A stretch of DNA of 64,000 bases, from the NCBI GenBank assembly GCA_032718475.1, contig JAUCBJ010000684.1, positions 1-64,000 on the forward strand, given 5' to 3'. The position numbers were made by a program, and so were the translations under genes. Below, piece by piece: positions 61,901-64,000 of the stretch. The stretch's first letter is position 1. The number at the start of each line of letters is the position of its first letter. The notes below the pieces were generated by a model. That model ran no database searches. It saw nothing but the letters and a program-made list of their open reading frames with translations, and was not told the DNA's origin. Source of the stretch: Nemertoderma westbladi (Eukaryota; Animalia; Xenacoelomorpha).

Positions 61901-62618
61901 CCCGAGGGTAGGGGTGGGCGCTACTCCTATCTGCTACCCGGAGGTAGGGGTGGGCGCTACACCTATCTGCTACCCGAGGGTATGGGTGGGCGCTACTCCT
62001 ATCTGCTACCCTAATGTAGGGGTGGGCGCTACTCCTATCTGCTACCCGAAGGTAGGGGTGGGCGCTACTCTTATCTGCTACCCGAAGGTAGGGGTGGGCG
62101 CTACACCTATCTGCTACCCGAGGGTATGGGTGGGCGCTACTCCTATCTGCTACCCTAAGGTAGGGGTGGGCGCTACTCCTATCTGCTACCCGAGGGTAGG
62201 GGTGGCCGCTACTCCTATCTGCTACCCGAAGGTAGGGGTGGGCGCTACTCCTATCTGCTACCCGAAGGTAGGGGTGGGCGCTACTCCTATCTGCTACCCT
62301 AGGGTAGGGGTGGGCGCTACTCCTATCTGCTACCCGAAGGTAGGGGTGGGCGCTACTCCTATCTGCTACCCGAGGGTAGGGGTGGGCGCTACACCTATCT
62401 GCTACCCGAAGGTAGGGGTGGGCGCTAGTCCTATCTGCTCACCGAAGGTAGGGGTGGGCGCTACTCCTATCTGCTACCCGAAGGTAGGGGTGGGCGCTAC
62501 TCCTATAAGCTACCCGAGGGTAGGGGGGGGGGGGCGCTACTCCTATCTGCTACCCGAAGGTCGGGGTGGGCGCTACTCCTCTCTGCTATCCGAAGGTAGG
62601 GGTGGGCGCTACTCCTAC
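58908..62618. repeat. 36-bp G-rich minisatellite (~103 copies) contiguous with a SINE tail
   Basis: Unit gctacccgaaggtaggggtgggcgctactcctatct; follows directly on the SINE-like sequence at 58849-58909. Confidence 0.95.
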
Positions 62619-62637
62619 TACTACTACTAGGATCGGT

Positions 62638-64000
62638 CAGGTCAAAGGTCAGGTCAGGTCTTCTTATGCAGAATTCCTGCTACCATTATTGCAGTAACAT
62701 GGTACTACCTGCCTCTGCCTGTCCCTACTTCCATGCTGAGTGGATGTAGGCTTTTCCCTGGTCCTAGAGCTGGACCCTCATACCTGGCTGCAGGGGTATG
62801 GGACTTGATCAGGCAGAAGGTCATCAACCAATGGCTGGTCAAGTATTAGGATGTACCTTGCGTCTATAAAGACGAAGGTACCTCCACTGCAAGCTGCACC
62901 TGTAGCAGGGGTGTAGTATATGGCCTGGCAGATGAGCCACTTGCCAATGGTGGGCCATATGTACCAGGGGAGCTTTGGGAGATGGGCCCATTGTAACCCC
63001 ACTGCAACACCCACCCTGTGGACTGGCAAACCAGGGTGTGGTACCTGCCCCGAGAGCGTACTCGGTAACAAAGCACCCCCCCTTTCTAACCACAATGGAT
63101 AGTTCCAGTAACGCGGAGGTCCGCCCATCTGGGGCCAGTGGAGAACCCGGACTTACAAGGCCCCACAGGCGCCAGTCTTCTCCTGACAGGCAGTCTGTAT
63201 CCCAACCCCTAGGAGAGGGAGGAGCCGGCATTGCTTTACCCCTCCCTGATAATGACCCACTTGGCCCAAACCCTATTGGAGGGAGGCCAAATGGCGAAAT
63301 TCAGTCTGGGGTTTCCAATGCAGACTCTTCCCACTGGGCTCATGTACCATCTAGGCCCAAAAACCCCCTGGTGAACATGAGACAAGTTACCATGCTTGCC
63401 TCAATAAATCCCAGGACTCTCAACCCACCACTGCAACAAGGGGAACTTACTGCTCTTGCAGATAAGCTGAACCTGACTGCAGTCGGTATTCAGGAACACC
63501 GCATGAGGTGCTCTGAAGAGGTAAGATACCAGGATATGGGTGGTGGTTGGCAGCTTGTTCATTCCTCAGCGGATGATCAGGGAAACGGGGGAGTGGGTCT
63601 GCTTTTAAATCCAACTGCTTTTGCAGCACTTGACAAGGTAGAATCCATTTCCCCCCGTATAATTTGCTACCACTTCACTTGCGCTGGTAAGATGGCAAAA
63701 AAGTTCCCCAAGGTTGTGATTATGGTATGCTATTCTCCAACTAGTACTGCTGATATAGCTGATGTAGACACATTCTATAACCAGCTGCAAGCAGCTACTG
63801 ACTGTATAGACAAGCATGCCTTTCTCACTATCCTTGGCGACTTCAATGCCAGCTTACCAAGATCCTCTTCTAACCCGTGGGTTTATAGTGACACTGTAAA
63901 CCGAAATTCAGGTCATTTGCAAGATTTTCTTCTGGCAAATGAGCTGTTTTCGGCCATTACAAATTTCCAAAAACGACCTGGAAAGCTGTACACCCATGTG
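62638..64000 (+). mobile_element. 5' part of a degenerate RTE-clade LINE (probable 5' UTR + frameshifted APE endonuclease), cut by the window end
   Basis: Across frames from ~63395: ASINPRTL, VGIQEHR, GGVGLLL, CYSPT, ILGDFNA, NRNSGHLQDFL, FQKRPGKLYTH. Confidence 0.85.

Noticed and set aside
58926-62630. 1234-aa ORF of CYPKVGVGATPI repeats
   Set aside because: Non-ATG start and pure 36-bp satellite; the opposite strand is also largely open.

Overview
AT-rich, repeat-dense eukaryotic genomic DNA, most likely an invertebrate animal (species not identifiable from this window). Host genes: the probable first three exons of an unidentified minus-strand gene (4427 to 94), with an antisense fibrinogen-related (FReD) exon inside its intron; an intronless ALKBH6 (12333-13196); a two-exon RacGAP1/CYK-4 (25995-36487); and the first eight coding exons of a ryanodine receptor (43999-58476, continuing past the window). 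The rest is nested mobile DNA: one near-intact RTE-clade LINE and many RTE fragments, a Penelope GIY-YIG fragment beside a hammerhead-ribozyme motif, a solo LTR, a Helentron/HINE-like element, and non-autonomous hAT, Harbinger, piggyBac, pogo and Mutator/Foldback elements. Roughly 30% of the window (my estimate) is minisatellite. The most unusual pattern is that several tandem arrays are built from units straddling functional gene boundaries: a ~5.6-kb array of the RyR exon-4 splice donor, a duplicated RyR exon-6 acceptor, and repeats starting at the ALKBH6 and RacGAP1 stop codons. All coordinates and exon joins were read by eye; no database searches were run.
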